Below, piece by piece: positions 37,848 through 50,876 of a DNA stretch of 64,000 nucleotides. The notes beneath the pieces are model-generated. The model made no database searches, was not told the DNA's origin, and saw only the letters and a program-made list of their open reading frames with translations. How positions within the stretch are numbered: position 1 is the stretch's first letter; each line of letters begins with the position of its first letter. The position numbers and the translations under genes are program-made. Source of the stretch: Batkoa obscura (Eukaryota); assembly GCA_030770535.1 (NCBI GenBank), contig JASVEC010000011.1, positions 558,001 to 622,000 of the forward strand. Reading direction: 5' to 3'.

Positions 37848-38530
37848 ATGCAATTTACGTCCATATTAAATTTAATTTATTTAATAAATTTATCTTATGC
37901 TTTAAGTAAATATAATTAATCTTTAAATTAAATAATATATTAATTATTAATAGAAACAATTCGATTTTGTGGAGATAATAAAGAAGAAATTTGTTTTGAA
38001 GTTAAACCTGATGGTAAAGATACATTAGTAACAATGAGAGGACCAGCTGATCCAGGGTAATTAATAATTCATATTATAATAAAAAAGTAAATATATATTT
38101 AATATTTAATAAAATTTAGTTATTTAGCTTTTGGTATTGGTAGTAGTATGAAAGATTCAGATATTTATGTAAATTTCAATTAATGGAATATAATGTATTA
38201 TTGAATTAACTTATTAATTAGGTTGGTTTCTTTAACAGTACTGATTCCCCAGTCGTATCTTATCGTGGTGGAGCTTTTTATCGAGAACCTAAGGCACTTG
38301 AAGATCAATCAAATATTAAAGTTATGAATTTAGAAAGTAATATTGCGGATGATAAATCATTTAAATTAATATCATTTAAAATATTAAATACTGCCAATGA
38401 AAGTGTAAGGAAAGTGGATTTTGATATTAAAAATAAATTTATTTGGGCTCATAGCAATATCCCTCCAAAAGGAAATGATGTTAATGCTAAAATTCATAAA
38501 CATAAAAAACATGGTAAATATCAAGGTTAG
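37848..38530 (+). CDS. Secreted stand-alone DOMON-domain protein, tandem paralog, 4 exons
   Basis: Spliced: MQFTSILNLIYLINLSYAL..FCGDNKEEICF..G/YLAFGIGSSMKDSDIY/VGF..KFIWAHS..IHKHKKHG; same intron positions as the upstream copy. Confidence 0.8.
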
Positions 38531-38729
38531 AAATAGATGTGTTATGAGGAGAGATATATTAAGAATTTATTTATTATTATTATTATTATTTCAAAGAATA
38601 AAATAAAAAAATAAAAAAGATTTAAAAAAAGAGTTATTATTTATTAAAATTTATATTAAATAAAAAAGAAATTCTATAATTAATTACATTACAAGAGAAA
38701 AAAGAGAATCTATATTAAATAAAAATTAG

Positions 38730-39326
38730 TTAATTGATGATAAGTTTAGCACCGTTATTAGAATTTTTAGATTCTAAATATAATTGAGTTGGACCTAATT
38801 CACTTGGTGATAATATTAAAATTAAAGTTTTATTTAATTTAATATATTCGATACAAGTAGTAGTAATATCTATTAAATTTCCTAATGTAACATCTAATCG
38901 ACCAATTTCTTTAATTATATTAGGCATATTATTCCAATTAACATTTGTTATAACATTATTATTACCCTCATTAATAATAATTTCCGAATTAGAAGGAGAT
39001 AAATTTAATGAATTATTTAATAAATTACCAATTTGTAATTTACAATTAGTTATATTAGATTTAACTGGAAGTTGAAATTGTAATATTTGTCTAGATTCAA
39101 TCATCGTATTTCGAATTTGTATTGAATTACTTATTGGTATTTCACATGTATCACATATTACATTATTAGGACATATTGGACAAAAATCTAAGGGTACTAA
39201 AGATCTCGTTGGATTGGCTTCTAATATGGGTAATATTATAGTATCATTTAATACTTGAACACTAGTTGTAGATTGAGTATATATTGATAGGAATAGATAA
39301 AATAAAACGAATAGCCTTAATAGCAT
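38730..39326 (-). CDS. Secreted DNRLRE/CBM96-like protein
   Basis: Signal peptide; PLDFCPICP...CDTC; ESRQILQFQLP..ITNCKLQI; VNWNNMP; IDITTTC; LESKNS..AKLII. Confidence 0.7.
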   Translation of the reverse strand: MLLRLFVLFYLFLSIYTQSTTSVQVLNDTIILPILEANPTRSLVPLDFCPICPNNVICDTCEIPISNSIQIRNTMIESRQILQFQLPVKSNITNCKLQIGNLLNNSLNLSPSNSEIIINEGNNNVITNVNWNNMPNIIKEIGRLDVTLGNLIDITTTCIEYIKLNKTLILILSPSELGPTQLYLESKNSNNGAKLIIN

Positions 39327-40496
39327 TTATAATAATATTAATTTTATTATAATTTTATTTTAAAAACTATTTAAAATCTTAAGATTATATTTAAAATAAT
39401 AAATGAATAAAATGGGTTTATAAAATTGAATTATTATTGTAAATTAAGATTATTATATATACTCTTTCTAATTTTATATATTAATCAAAACTTACCTTTT
39501 TATTTCCTCAAAACTAAAATTTTAGTTTGATCTCTATATTTTTACAGTTACTACGGAAGTTAATTTTATAAAGTAAATCAATTGAGATTGTCTATTTTTT
39601 TACAACTGTCCTTTTAAATATCTTAATGATTTAATGAATGAAAGTTAAACATTTTTCGGAATTTTTTATTTTTTATAACAATATTGATTAGTTTACTATC
39701 ACTGTTTCTATATTTGTATTCTATTAAATTTATTAATTTAAAATTCGCTCAATTTTTAATTTCTACTTTTTATTATACCTATTTAAAATATTACTTTTTT
39801 ATTTACTATATTAGTTTTTTTTTAAACGGAGGTATTATTAATTATACAAGTATTAAATTAATTAATTAAACATTAATTTTAGTAGAATTTAATTTTAGTA
39901 AATAAATTTAATATGGGTAGAAGGACTAAATCCATAAAATAATATCTCAAAAAAAAGCACTACATCTAACATCACTTCAATAAAATAATACGAGTGTTGT
40001 TCTCACACCCATACTCTATGAAAAAGGTAGTGTTTTGTTTCATATAAAAAATAACTCATCTCACTTATTATATAACTATAACAAAATAAAAAACTATTAA
40101 CTAAAACAACTCACCTTTACAATTACTTTTTTTTATAAAATAAGATATAACAAACATTAAAAATAAAATAAAATAAAATTAAAATAAAATATATAAAATT
40201 AAAAATTTGTTTAAATAAGTAATTTAAAAAAGAATAAAAGTAGAATTCGGATTAAAGAGTACCTGGGATCCGACATGGTAAGCATCCACTTTAAAATGGT
40301 TCGTAAGAAAAAGAAGTCCAATTATTAAGGTTAGATAAAAGAAAGAAAGTATTAATGTAGAGTGTGAAAAATAGAAGACGGAAGTTTGGGTTATAAAAAA
40401 AGTGATTATAAAAAAAGTGATTATATGCGTATCGATTTAGATGATATGTTTAAACGTCGATCCAAAACCAATTTTTAAAAACTCTTCATCTCATCT

Positions 40497-41379
40497 TTAA
40501 AGAATGACACAACAACTATCACTTTCTTGAGTTGCTCCACCTCGTACAAACATAGCGGATCTAGTAGCATTATCAAAAACTTCATTAACATTTTCACCTG
40601 TTAAAGCACTACATTCAATAAATTTTCTAGCACCAATTTGATTGGCTACTTCAGCCCCTTTTGAAGTTGGTACCATTTCTTCTGGTTTAACTGTAGTTAA
40701 TTTACTTCCTTCTCCATCTCTCAAATCTTTTTTTAATCCAACTAATATCACTGGTACTCCTTGACATAAACTATTTACTTCATCTATCCACTATAACCAC
40801 ATAGTTTAATAAGTCTTTAATTATTAGTTACAAAGTGATTACCTTTTCAAGTACATTTTCTAATGAATCGGGAGAATCAACGGAATAACAAATTAATGTT
40901 ACATTCGCTTTAGAATACGATAGCGGCCTCAATCTCTATTAATTTTAGTTCAATTACCAATTTTTAAATTTAAATTTTAGTCCTACTTCATATTCTTCTT
41001 GACCACTAAAATAAACTAAGGTTAACATATAGCTTTAAATAATAGAATATATAAATTTTTAACTTACGCTGTATCCCATAAAGCTAAATTCACTATTTTT
41101 CCATCAATTGTTACTTCTTTGACATAATTTTCAAATACTGTAGGTGTCTTTTTAATATAGGTTAATTAATTAATTTATATCTCAATTTCTTTTTCAATAT
41201 GCTTACATGTTCCTAATACAAAAAAAAAATTAGTTGAATACTTCTTGCAATCAATTATTTCAAGTTTATTAGTTTACCTTTGGAAAAGTACCCGATACAT
41301 AAACGGATAATAAACTTGTTTTACCACATGCACCATCACCAACAATTACTAATTTACGACTGATCACTGGTTTGGCCAT
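40497..41379 (-). CDS. Rho-family GTPase (Rho2-like), 6 exons
   Basis: Spliced: [51 protein letters not shown]../[25 protein letters not shown] (CAAX). Confidence 0.93.
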
Positions 41380-43654
41380 GATTCTTTGAACTGATATTAC
41401 TTTAAATTTGAAAAAAAAACTTTGTGTTAAAAATTGGAATCTAAAAACAATATATTTCTAGTTTGTAACTTCGCTAGTGGTGATAACGAAGTTTCAATTT
41501 ATAGAGATGAATTATAAAAGATAAAAAAGATAAAAAAATGAAAGATGAATAATTGAATTTTTCTCAATCTTTCAGTTAACTTAAAACTCCATTTCTGTTA
41601 CTAAAAATAGCGATTACCACCCCATTTTAAAAGCTTCCAATTAGAAGCCAAAATATTATCTAGTTTAGCCTATCATTAGTTATTCAAATCATTAAAGAAT
41701 TCATTTGTATTATTTAGTGTGATCTCATAAGCCAAGTATAGAAATTTGATCATTTTTTTTTAATAGAAATTTCTTGAATTCTGTTTTTATTTAATATTTT
41801 AATATTGTAATTTTAAATGATTATTTATATAATATTTGTATTATTATATATTTATTAGAACAATAAAAATAACTATAATAACAACATTTAATAATAATTT
41901 AAAATGTTAATATCTTCATTAAAACTGTACCATTAAATCACCCACTTAGAACCAAAACATGGTAATTTTTGATTTGAATTTGAGTATACAAAAGTTGACC
42001 CATTTTTTATATTAGCTTATTTATTTTGTATATTTAATAAGATAAATAAAAAATGTTATATTAAACAAAAAGCACCTTATTATTTTATTATATTATGATT
42101 AAAATGGATTAAAGAATTTAAAGATAAAATAAAAAAGAATTGAAGTTATAAAATATTTAATAGAGAAAGCCTTAAAACTGATTATTATGCATTAAAGAGA
42201 AATCATTTTATAACATTTTATTTGAGTGTTTTGGTTCAATTTACTTGTATGTTCTTATAAACTTTTGATTTATTCTTATCAATTACAATTTCAGCTAATA
42301 AATTAACTTCATAAAACATTGACATTGGTAATGAAATAACACAACAGCCAAACATTAAAAGTTTGAATAAAACTAATAAAACTAATAAAATATCTTAATT
42401 GGAGTTTTAAACCACATATAAATTCGCCTTCTCTCTTCTTTAGAACATTAGAAATTCAACCCTTAATATTGAAATTGATAAAAATGGCCATATTTTTGAC
42501 ATTAATTTTTAATAAAATAGCATTCAGGTTGGAAGAAGCGGAGTAATACAATAAAAGGAAATGTAAGAATTTTTAATCTAATAAATAAGGTTATCTACAA
42601 AAGAATTTTAAAAAAAGAACCAATTTTTATAATTGTATCAGGGTATTTGTAAAATGTTCGATTAATTGAGGGTATATTCGTTACTGTTTATTACTGTCAA
42701 TGGAGTGACTATCGTTATTATTAAAACTATACTTTAGTATATAAATTTCATTGTTATCTTGCTTCGACTTTTATAGTAAACCCCCTTGATTTTAATCTAT
42801 ATATTATATATTTGTAAATAAAAATAAAAAGTATAATTTAACAAATTGTTATTAAAAAATATAAAAAAGTGTAGTTATGATTCTCAATATTTATAGTAAG
42901 TCTAATCTTTTAACTGTTAATTATAACTTTTTATAAAAACAACTAATGAATTTAAAATGCTATCAATTCCTCTCAAAATAAATGTTATACAAAAGTTTCT
43001 TCTAATATAATGTTAAAATAGAATTTCGCTCATCTAGTCTAAAGAATATAACCTCTCTTTGCATCTAACTTATCACTATCTTCTTATAATAGTCCGTTAC
43101 TCCATTTCATTTATGAAGTATTGACATTAAATTGATTGCTTTACCTTTACATTCACTGAATTATTGCTTTATATGGCATTCAGCTTATCTTTATTTTACA
43201 CAAAGTTGAACTTTTGTATCTAAAAGGCATTGTAAAATCTTTCTATTTAAATTACTACCACTACCAAATGCTCCAACTGTGCAATCTGCAAATACTCATT
43301 AATTCACAAAATATAAAATATAAAATATTAAATATTAAATATTAAATATTAATATAGTTTACCTTTTTCATATAAATCTATTTCTTCTCTATCTAATTAC
43401 AAATAATAAAATTATCAATAGCTTTGTATAATTATGTTTCAATATCTTTTTATCATTACATTGTTGTACAAGCTTTTAAACCCATCTATGTTGATATACA
43501 TCAAAGTGTTAACACCATTAAGCTTTCATATTTTCAAGAATCTCAGATGAAAATTCACACTAAATATTAAATACATTAAAAAACAACATCATATTAGTAT
43601 AGAAGTTAAATAACTCATTTATTTTGTTTAAATAAAAACCCACTATAATTTATC

Positions 43655-44668
43655 TCAACGTTCGGAAGGGATATCTCTATATTCTCCAATTTTTACATTT
43701 GGTCCAATACTGTCTTTTGTTTGAACTACAATGGGATCAAAATAAATTTCTTTAAATGTTTCCATCCAAGTTATTTTTAATCTTGTTAACTCAATTTCAA
43801 TATCATCACTACCCTTATTTGTAATAATTTTACCTTCACCGTTAACAAGCATATTATCATTCCCACATCTAGCTATAAACTCAATAGTAACATGAGGTGA
43901 GCCTCCACTGGAGGAAGCATATCCAGTAGAAGTAGGAGGATTAAAAACCAATTCATTCTTTACATCATAATTAAATAATTCAGATTTCAATTGTTTACCT
44001 TGAGTAGTATTCTGGTCTAAATGGGCGTTTATAGTATCAATAGATAATGTATGCAACTTTTCAGTAGCCATTTTAGCTTGTTGAGCCTGTGCTCCAACAA
44101 TTGGAAAAAAATTTTGAAATAAACCCATAAGTGAAATAGGGAACCCTTGTAAAGCAGCAGCACGAAACTGATCTTTTTCTCTTTTTGAGCTCCTTCCATT
44201 CGAACGAGTAGTGTTGGAATCATTATCTGTAAACGCTTGCATCAATTGTTTACCTTGTTTAAAAAATCGATATGCTTTAAAACCAACGTAGCTTATACCA
44301 CCAATGAGTACTATACTCATTGGACCTGGAAAATAGAACGATGCTGTTAAAAATAAACCTAAAGAGGTTAACGATTTTAACTTGCCTCGCATTAAATAGT
44401 ATGGTGCAACCCTTTTAATAAGAAACCCAACAAAGCCTCGTTTTATAATAAGATTATGAGTTTTACATAGGTTACCATTTTTTACTGTAGAAGGTGAATT
44501 AAAGGAGGGATTCGTTTTATAGCTTAAACTTTTGAATAAAGAAGGGTTCGCTTTGATTCTTTTCAAGTTGAGTTTACAGAATAAGACTGGGTTTCCTTTT
44601 GTCAACGGTTTTACGTTACTTGTTAGTAGTCTTAATTGTAGGCTACTTTTAGACATTATCATATTCAT
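43655..44668 (-). CDS. Hypothetical protein, probably mitochondrial membrane
   Basis: 337-aa ORF; basic, acid-free N-terminus, then a hydrophobic hairpin (LGLFLTASFYFPGPMSIVLIGGISYVGF). Confidence 0.65.
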   Translation of the reverse strand: MNMIMSKSSLQLRLLTSNVKPLTKGNPVLFCKLNLKRIKANPSLFKSLSYKTNPSFNSPSTVKNGNLCKTHNLIIKRGFVGFLIKRVAPYYLMRGKLKSLTSLGLFLTASFYFPGPMSIVLIGGISYVGFKAYRFFKQGKQLMQAFTDNDSNTTRSNGRSSKREKDQFRAAALQGFPISLMGLFQNFFPIVGAQAQQAKMATEKLHTLSIDTINAHLDQNTTQGKQLKSELFNYDVKNELVFNPPTSTGYASSSGGSPHVTIEFIARCGNDNMLVNGEGKIITNKGSDDIEIELTRLKITWMETFKEIYFDPIVVQTKDSIGPNVKIGEYRDIPSER

Positions 44669-45656
44669 TACTAAATTTCATAAACAAGTAAAAAATCAAA
44701 TTAAATTTCGATTTTATATGAATATCGACTTGAACAGATCATTATGATGAAACAATGGAAAAAGGATGACCTCATGTCCTTTTTGATTAAGAGCTGATTT
44801 TATAGCTATTGAGCTTAGGAGTGTTTTTTTTCTTTGTTTCAGTATTTTGTTCACTTTTTTAGTAGCTTAAGTTTAAAAAGAATTTAATTATTTCTTGAAA
44901 AATCATGCCTTAATAAAATTAGTTGGCTGTGGAGTAGATTTATTTTCCAAAAGCAACCTTTTTTAATAGAAAGTTTATTCTACCGAAGTATTTGAGTTTT
45001 TTATTTCTTATTAGTAAATGATAGTGTTAATAAGGTTAAATTTAAGGGTGAATTAAGAAAAATCCTTTGATGATTTTTCAAAATCATGTACTAATAAAAT
45101 TAATTGATTGAGGCATATACAGCTGTTAAATCTCAATTGTGCAGTGGCTAATCGTTCATTTTTAATTTAAAAAAATTATGAATTAACCTGTAAATCACCA
45201 TAACTATTCAATTGTTAATTATAAAAATTATGCTAGCTGTTCCACAATTAAACTTTAACATTTGTAATTTCAAAATTAGAACTACTTTTATTAATAAGTT
45301 CACCTCATTTAGATATTTGAGTCTACCTCTATGATGTCTTATTAGTAAGTGTTGTATTTTTCTCTACGCTATTAGAATTAAAGACTACTTTTTAAAAAGA
45401 TAATAGAGAACATTTATAAAGGTTAAAAAATCAAGTGTAACAGATAAGAGATAGCCTGGTAAGAATAAAAATTGCTTAAAAATCCATTTCTTAATTAAGG
45501 CCAATAAAATTCGATTTATTTACTCAAAACTCCAATTTTTTTCTTCCTTTTTAATAAATTATATTTTTACAACTCATCAAAATATACAAATTGTAAAATA
45601 TAAACATATTTATAAAAACAATTTGTATAGTTTAAAATTCACTTTTTATATTAAAA

Positions 45657-47021
45657 ATGACCAAATCAAAAGCAAAGAAAGCACATAAAGAAGTGATCAC
45701 TAATGAAAAGGCTTCATTGAATAATCCCCCGGCTACAAAGGTAATTTAAAATTTTATTTTAATTTCGCATCTTAATATCCTTTATTATTAGCTTTTAATA
45801 GATGAAGAAAACGCTAAAAGATGGAAAAACTGGAGGATTCGTGGGTTTTGGACCATCATAATGGTGGTAGCTTTCTTTATGATTTTATCGGTAGGACCAA
45901 TTCCTACCTTATTACTGATCTTTGCCATACAGATTAGAATCTATCATGAGATCATTAATTTATCAATCATTCCCAACAAAGAACTTAAACTTCCCTGGAT
46001 GCGAGCTATCAATTGGTAAGTTTATTTATTAGTTTTATTTAATTGAGTTTAATCAGTTATTTTTTAATTTAAAAGGTATTTCTTCCTTGTTGCAAATAAT
46101 TTTTTGTTTTGGGAATCCCTTATAAAATACTTTAAAGGTAGTATCAATTCAAATACCATTTTAAAATTTTTAGCCACCCATCATCGTTTTAAGTCCTTTT
46201 TATTCTATTGTTCTGGCTTTGTATTGTTTGTTATCAATTTAAAAAAGGGGTATTATAGATTTCAATTCCGTATGTTTGCTGTAACTCATATGTTAATTTT
46301 ATTGGTGGTTGCTTCTTCTCATTTCATTGTTGCCAATGTATTAGAAGGTTTTATTTGGTTTTTACTCCCAGTTTCTTTAGTCATTGTTAATGATATCGGT
46401 GCTTATATGGCTGGTTTCTTTTTTGGACGTACCCCATTAATTGAGCTATCGCCTAAGAAAACTTGGGAAGGCTTTATTGGTGGTTTGATTGTCACTGTAT
46501 TGTTTGGTTTTGGGTTTTCTTATCTCATCTCCCTATCAAATTATTTAATTTGTCCTATTCATGATTTAATTGTTACTTTCTTTAGCACAAATACTTGCAC
46601 TTTGAACCCTGTATTTTTACCTGCAACCTATAGGCTACCAGAGTTTATTTCGAATTATGTAGGTATTTCTTCATTAACATTTAAGCCAATTTTATTACAC
46701 TCTCTTGTCATGGCTATCTTTGCCTCCCTTATTGCACCCTTTGGTGGTTTTTTTGCATCTGGATTTAAAAGAGCATTTAATATCAAAGATTTTGCTAATG
46801 TTATTCCAGGCCATGGTGGTTTAACAGATCGATTTGATTGTCAATTCCTTATGGGCGTGTTTTCTTACTTCTATTACTCTTCATTTATAAAGATTGGGCG
46901 CTTGGAAGTGGATGGATTATTTGATGCCATAGTTTATAAATTAACAGCAGATCAACAGATATTTTTATTTAATAAGCTTCAAGGGTATTTAGTTAGTCAA
47001 AATATTATAAGTGTAAATTAA
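45657..47021 (+). CDS. CDS1: Phosphatidate cytidylyltransferase (CDP-DAG synthase), 3 exons
   Basis: RWKNWRIRGFWT, LSPKKTWEGFIGG, FFASGFKRAFNIKDFANVIPGHGGLTDRFDCQ signature. Confidence 0.95.
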
Positions 47022-47771
47022 TAGAATGAGGTGGTGATATTAAATATAAAAAATATAATGTTATTATTTTATTAGCCAAATTATTATGAGATCCAATTAT
47101 GCTTTTTAAATTTCAATAAAGATTTAATATATATTATACTTATTACGTAACTATTTATTACTTTATTTATTATTAGCCTATAATCGTTATTATCAGAAGT
47201 ATAATATTTTATTAATCCTGAAACAAAATTTTAATTTCATATCTAATTTTATGATCAAAAATCAAAAATCTCAAAAAAGTCTTAAATTTAAAATTTGTCT
47301 AATTATTTTTAGTTAAAAATTAAAACAGTTTTAAATTTTTTGTTTATCATTTTCTATAGAATATGTGATCGTATTTTTAAAAAAATAAGAAATTTATAAA
47401 TTAAATTATGCAAGCACACATAATAAACATTCATAAAGAGCATTAATTCATAAATCTAATGCCAAGAAACTAAAATATCTAGAAGAAATATCAATATAAA
47501 ATAGTCGAAAATAAATTAATTTATACTTTATCATTAAATATATTAATTACAGTTTTTACAGTCCTTAAACTTTATTAGAAAACTTTGTTTCAAATTTTAA
47601 TAGCAGTTAAAACTAGTCAGCTACTATTTTTAATTATTTGATAATCTCATTCAAACCTCAATCATTTTTTTCATCTATTCAACCCTAAACCTTTGTAAGT
47701 AATTAAGGTATATAAATAGTGTTACAAATACAATAAATAAATTTCATTTTTATTCAATATATTAATTTAAA

Positions 47772-48934
47772 ATGATGAATTTGGCATTGATAGTAACATT
47801 AATAATATTTAACCTCACCTCAATTTCCAATACTATAATTAAAAAACGAGACAACAAAGTGAGCATCAGGCTCAATTTAATCGGTAAAAATGGGTATTAT
47901 TATGGCGAGATAGGGCTCGGGACTCCAGCCCAAAAATTTCGAGTTATTTTTGATACCGGTTCTTCCGACTTATGGGTAGCATCAAAAGATCAATTAACTT
48001 CAAATGTTAACTCAGCTATCCCTCATAATTATTATAACTCTAATACTTCCAAATCATTTTTAAATTTGAAAAAACCTTTTTCAATTCAGTATGGCTCTGG
48101 GGAAGTGATTGGCCAAGAAAGTATGGATATATTAACAGTTGGTAAGGTAGCGATTGCTAATCAAACATTTGGAATAAGCAATAGTGACAAGATACTCAAC
48201 GGTGATTTTGATGGCATTATGGGATTAGGGTATCCAGATTTAAGCCATAACAAAATAGCGTCTCCATTTCAAAGTATGGTAGAAAATGAGATACTAATAC
48301 AAAATAAGTTGTCGTATTATATTAATAAAGACCAAAAGAGTGGGGAGATCCTATTTGGAGATATTAATAGAAATAAATTTAAAGGGGATTTGATTTATTC
48401 CAAGGTTAATGAACAGAAATATTGGCAAGTAGATTTGTCAAAGTTGACTATCAATCAAAAAGGTTATAATTTGAGTGCTTCTAGTGCTGCTATCGATACT
48501 GGGACTTCCTACTTTGTTTTACCCACTAAAGATGCAGCTTTAGTTAATTCAAAATTAAATTCAGTATTAACCCCTAATAAGGAAGGGTTTTACTCTATCT
48601 CTTGCGATGTCAATAGTTTACCAACACTTAAATTTCAGCTTGGAAATTATAATGTTGCATTGGAGCCCAATGATTACATTATAAAATCATCGCCAGTTTT
48701 ATGTTATTCACCGTTTTTAAGTAATGATAAGGTAAGTTTCTATTATAATTATGGGCATCAATAGTTGTTTATATCATCAATTTTAGATTAATATATGGGT
48801 ACTTGGCAATACATTAATTAAAAAATATTACACAGTATTTGATTTGGAAGAAAATCAAGTTGGATTTGGTAAGTTTAAATTTGATTTTTATATATTCAAA
48901 TATTAACACTTTCATTATAGCATTGGCTACATGA
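47772..48934 (+). CDS. Secreted pepsin-family (A1) aspartic protease, 3 exons
   Basis: Signal peptide; FDTGSSDLWV and IDTGTS catalytic motifs; YGSG flap; last exons WVLGNTLIKKYYTVFDLEENQVGF/ALAT*. Confidence 0.95.
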
Positions 48935-49176
48935 TTTTTGTATGTTTTTAAAAGTTTATAATAAAATTTTATTCGTATCTTTACTACTTAGGCATATTAA
49001 TTCATTTTAATTTATCTAAAAAGCTTTAAATTTAAGTTTACTGAAATAAGAATAAGACCAAAGTATGTAAACACTTTCTTCATAAAAAGATAGCCCAGAT
49101 TATAAAAATAATTCAAATCACCTCTCAGTTTTTACTTTTGGATTAAAAAATAGTTGAGCTTAAAAGAAAACATACA

Positions 49177-49850
49177 ATGTCTTATCTCAATACAACTCAA
49201 GAGGAAGCTGAATTATCGCTTAGTCTAAGATTTAAGGATCTGCTAGAGAATTCCGTAGGTGCTTTTGACATTTTGTCCAATATTAATGGGTTAGCTTCTA
49301 ATGACTTAAAAGATTTGGGATTTAATTGTTTAGTAGATTGTTTAGAATCTGAAGAATGTTCTAACCTCAATATTAAATTAATTAGTTAAGTAGTATTCTA
49401 TGATTTTGTAGGATATTTCCTAAGATTAATACTGGCATACTTCAAACGTCAGGCTAACAACAAATATATTGAATTCACCAGGAAAAAAAGAAACAAGATC
49501 CGTTAGTGGAGAAACGGGAAGAAATACAGAATATATCGTGATAAATACTATTTATATATATGTGTAGATGCATAATGGTAATAGAAACAAAAGAAGTGCT
49601 GTTCAATAAAGCTCTTATGCACTGCTTACTTTCTGTGAGGGATTTGTACAATTCAAATGGTGATACCCGATCTGTATATGGACTTTTAACTACTATTATT
49701 AATTGGATACTCATTACTTATACTAAGGAGTTTAAAATATCTAATAAATTGACTCTTTTAATGGCGGATATGGAGAGTAGAACGAAAGATGGACAAATAG
49801 TTATTCCCAATTAATTGGCATTGCCTATAAAATATTAGTACATGAATCTT
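49177..49850 (+). pseudogene. PD-(D/E)xK nuclease-like pseudogene, copy B
   Basis: NTTQEEAELSLSLRFKDLLEN..NDLKDLG..CLESE..*..RCIMVIETKEVLFNKALMHCLLSVRDLYNSNGDTRSVYGLLTTIINWILITY; broken by stops and frameshifts. Confidence 0.75.
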
Positions 49851-50260
49851 CTTAATGCAGCTGTTTAGCACCAAGATTTAATTGATGCTAAAGCGTAATA
49901 CTGGATGTCTTTATCTATCAAGGCTATTTAAAACTATTGGGAACAAAGTTAAATATATATATACACTATTTTTATACAATTATATTCAAATAAATAAGTA
50001 TCAAATTTATTTATTATATCGGATTTATTTTATTCTTAATTATTTCAAAAAACTCTTAACAATAAAAATAAGCTGTGTTGTAAGTGTAGTAATAAGCATA
50101 TAAGGATGTTTGAACTGGTTTCATTTTTTGTTCAATTTTTAAATTTTAGATTATGAATTAAGTAACTGGTAAAATGTTATTAAAAAAAGGCCAATTTTCT
50201 AGTTATCATTTTAAAACTTTACCTAGTTCTTTAAAAAATTTTTTTTTACTAAAAACACAA

Positions 50261-50365
50261 TATGGGGATGTATTTTTTTGTTTAACAATTTTACTAACAA
50301 TCTTTCCACTCAAATAGCACTCAAAAAATGGAAAAAGTGATGAAACCAAAAAAAACATCCCCATA
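50261..50365. mobile_element. MITE copy 3 (best preserved)
   Basis: TA-TGGGGATGTATTTTTTTGTTT..AAACCAAAAAAAACATCCCCA-TA: about 21-bp imperfect TIR flanked by TA. An isolated left TIR recurs near 50425. Confidence 0.9.
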
Positions 50366-50476
50366 TAGTAATTTACTAAACTTAAATAAAAATATCTGTT
50401 GCACAAAAATTAAGCAATTTAATATATGGGGATGTATTTTTTATATTATTTAAAAAACAACTTCATTTTTTAATAA

Positions 50477-50876
50477 TGTGAAATTTGGTACTTAGTGGTT
50501 GGAGTTAAAAGCAGTTCTTGGTTGATTAAGTTGCCTTGAGTCGAACGGTCTTAGTTTATATGACTAAGGTAGACTTAAATTAATAGGAATAATACGTAAT
50601 AAGTCACGAACTATGTAAAACAAATAGAATAGACAATACTAGTGTAAAATCTACGTAAGATGTTGTCAGAAAGACTTAATGGCTTTATTAATGATACGAT
50701 ATCAGGAAGTAATTTAATTAAAAAGCCTCAAGGTATCATGTTGAAGAATCTCTTTTATACTCCAACAAGTATGGATATCAAAACGAGAGGATAATATTAT
50801 CTGTAATGTGAAGTTAGAAATTCTCGTAGCAAATCAAAATAAGGAACCCTGAATTGATTATACCACATGGATCACA
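50477..50876 (-). mobile_element. Diverged solo LTR related to the adjacent Gypsy element
   Basis: The reverse complement aligns over 400 bp with the LTR at 51734-52133 (e.g. ttattttgatttg, taataaagcca, tagtattgtctattctattt, agtacca.atttcaca); TG..CA ends. Confidence 0.9.

Noticed and set aside
42950..43540. Possible decayed gene between Rho and the mitochondrial-type ORF
   Set aside because: Slightly coding-like composition, but stops in the frames I read and no recognisable motif.
50206..50406. 66-aa minus-strand ORF
   Set aside because: It spans MITE copy 3 and has no protein features.
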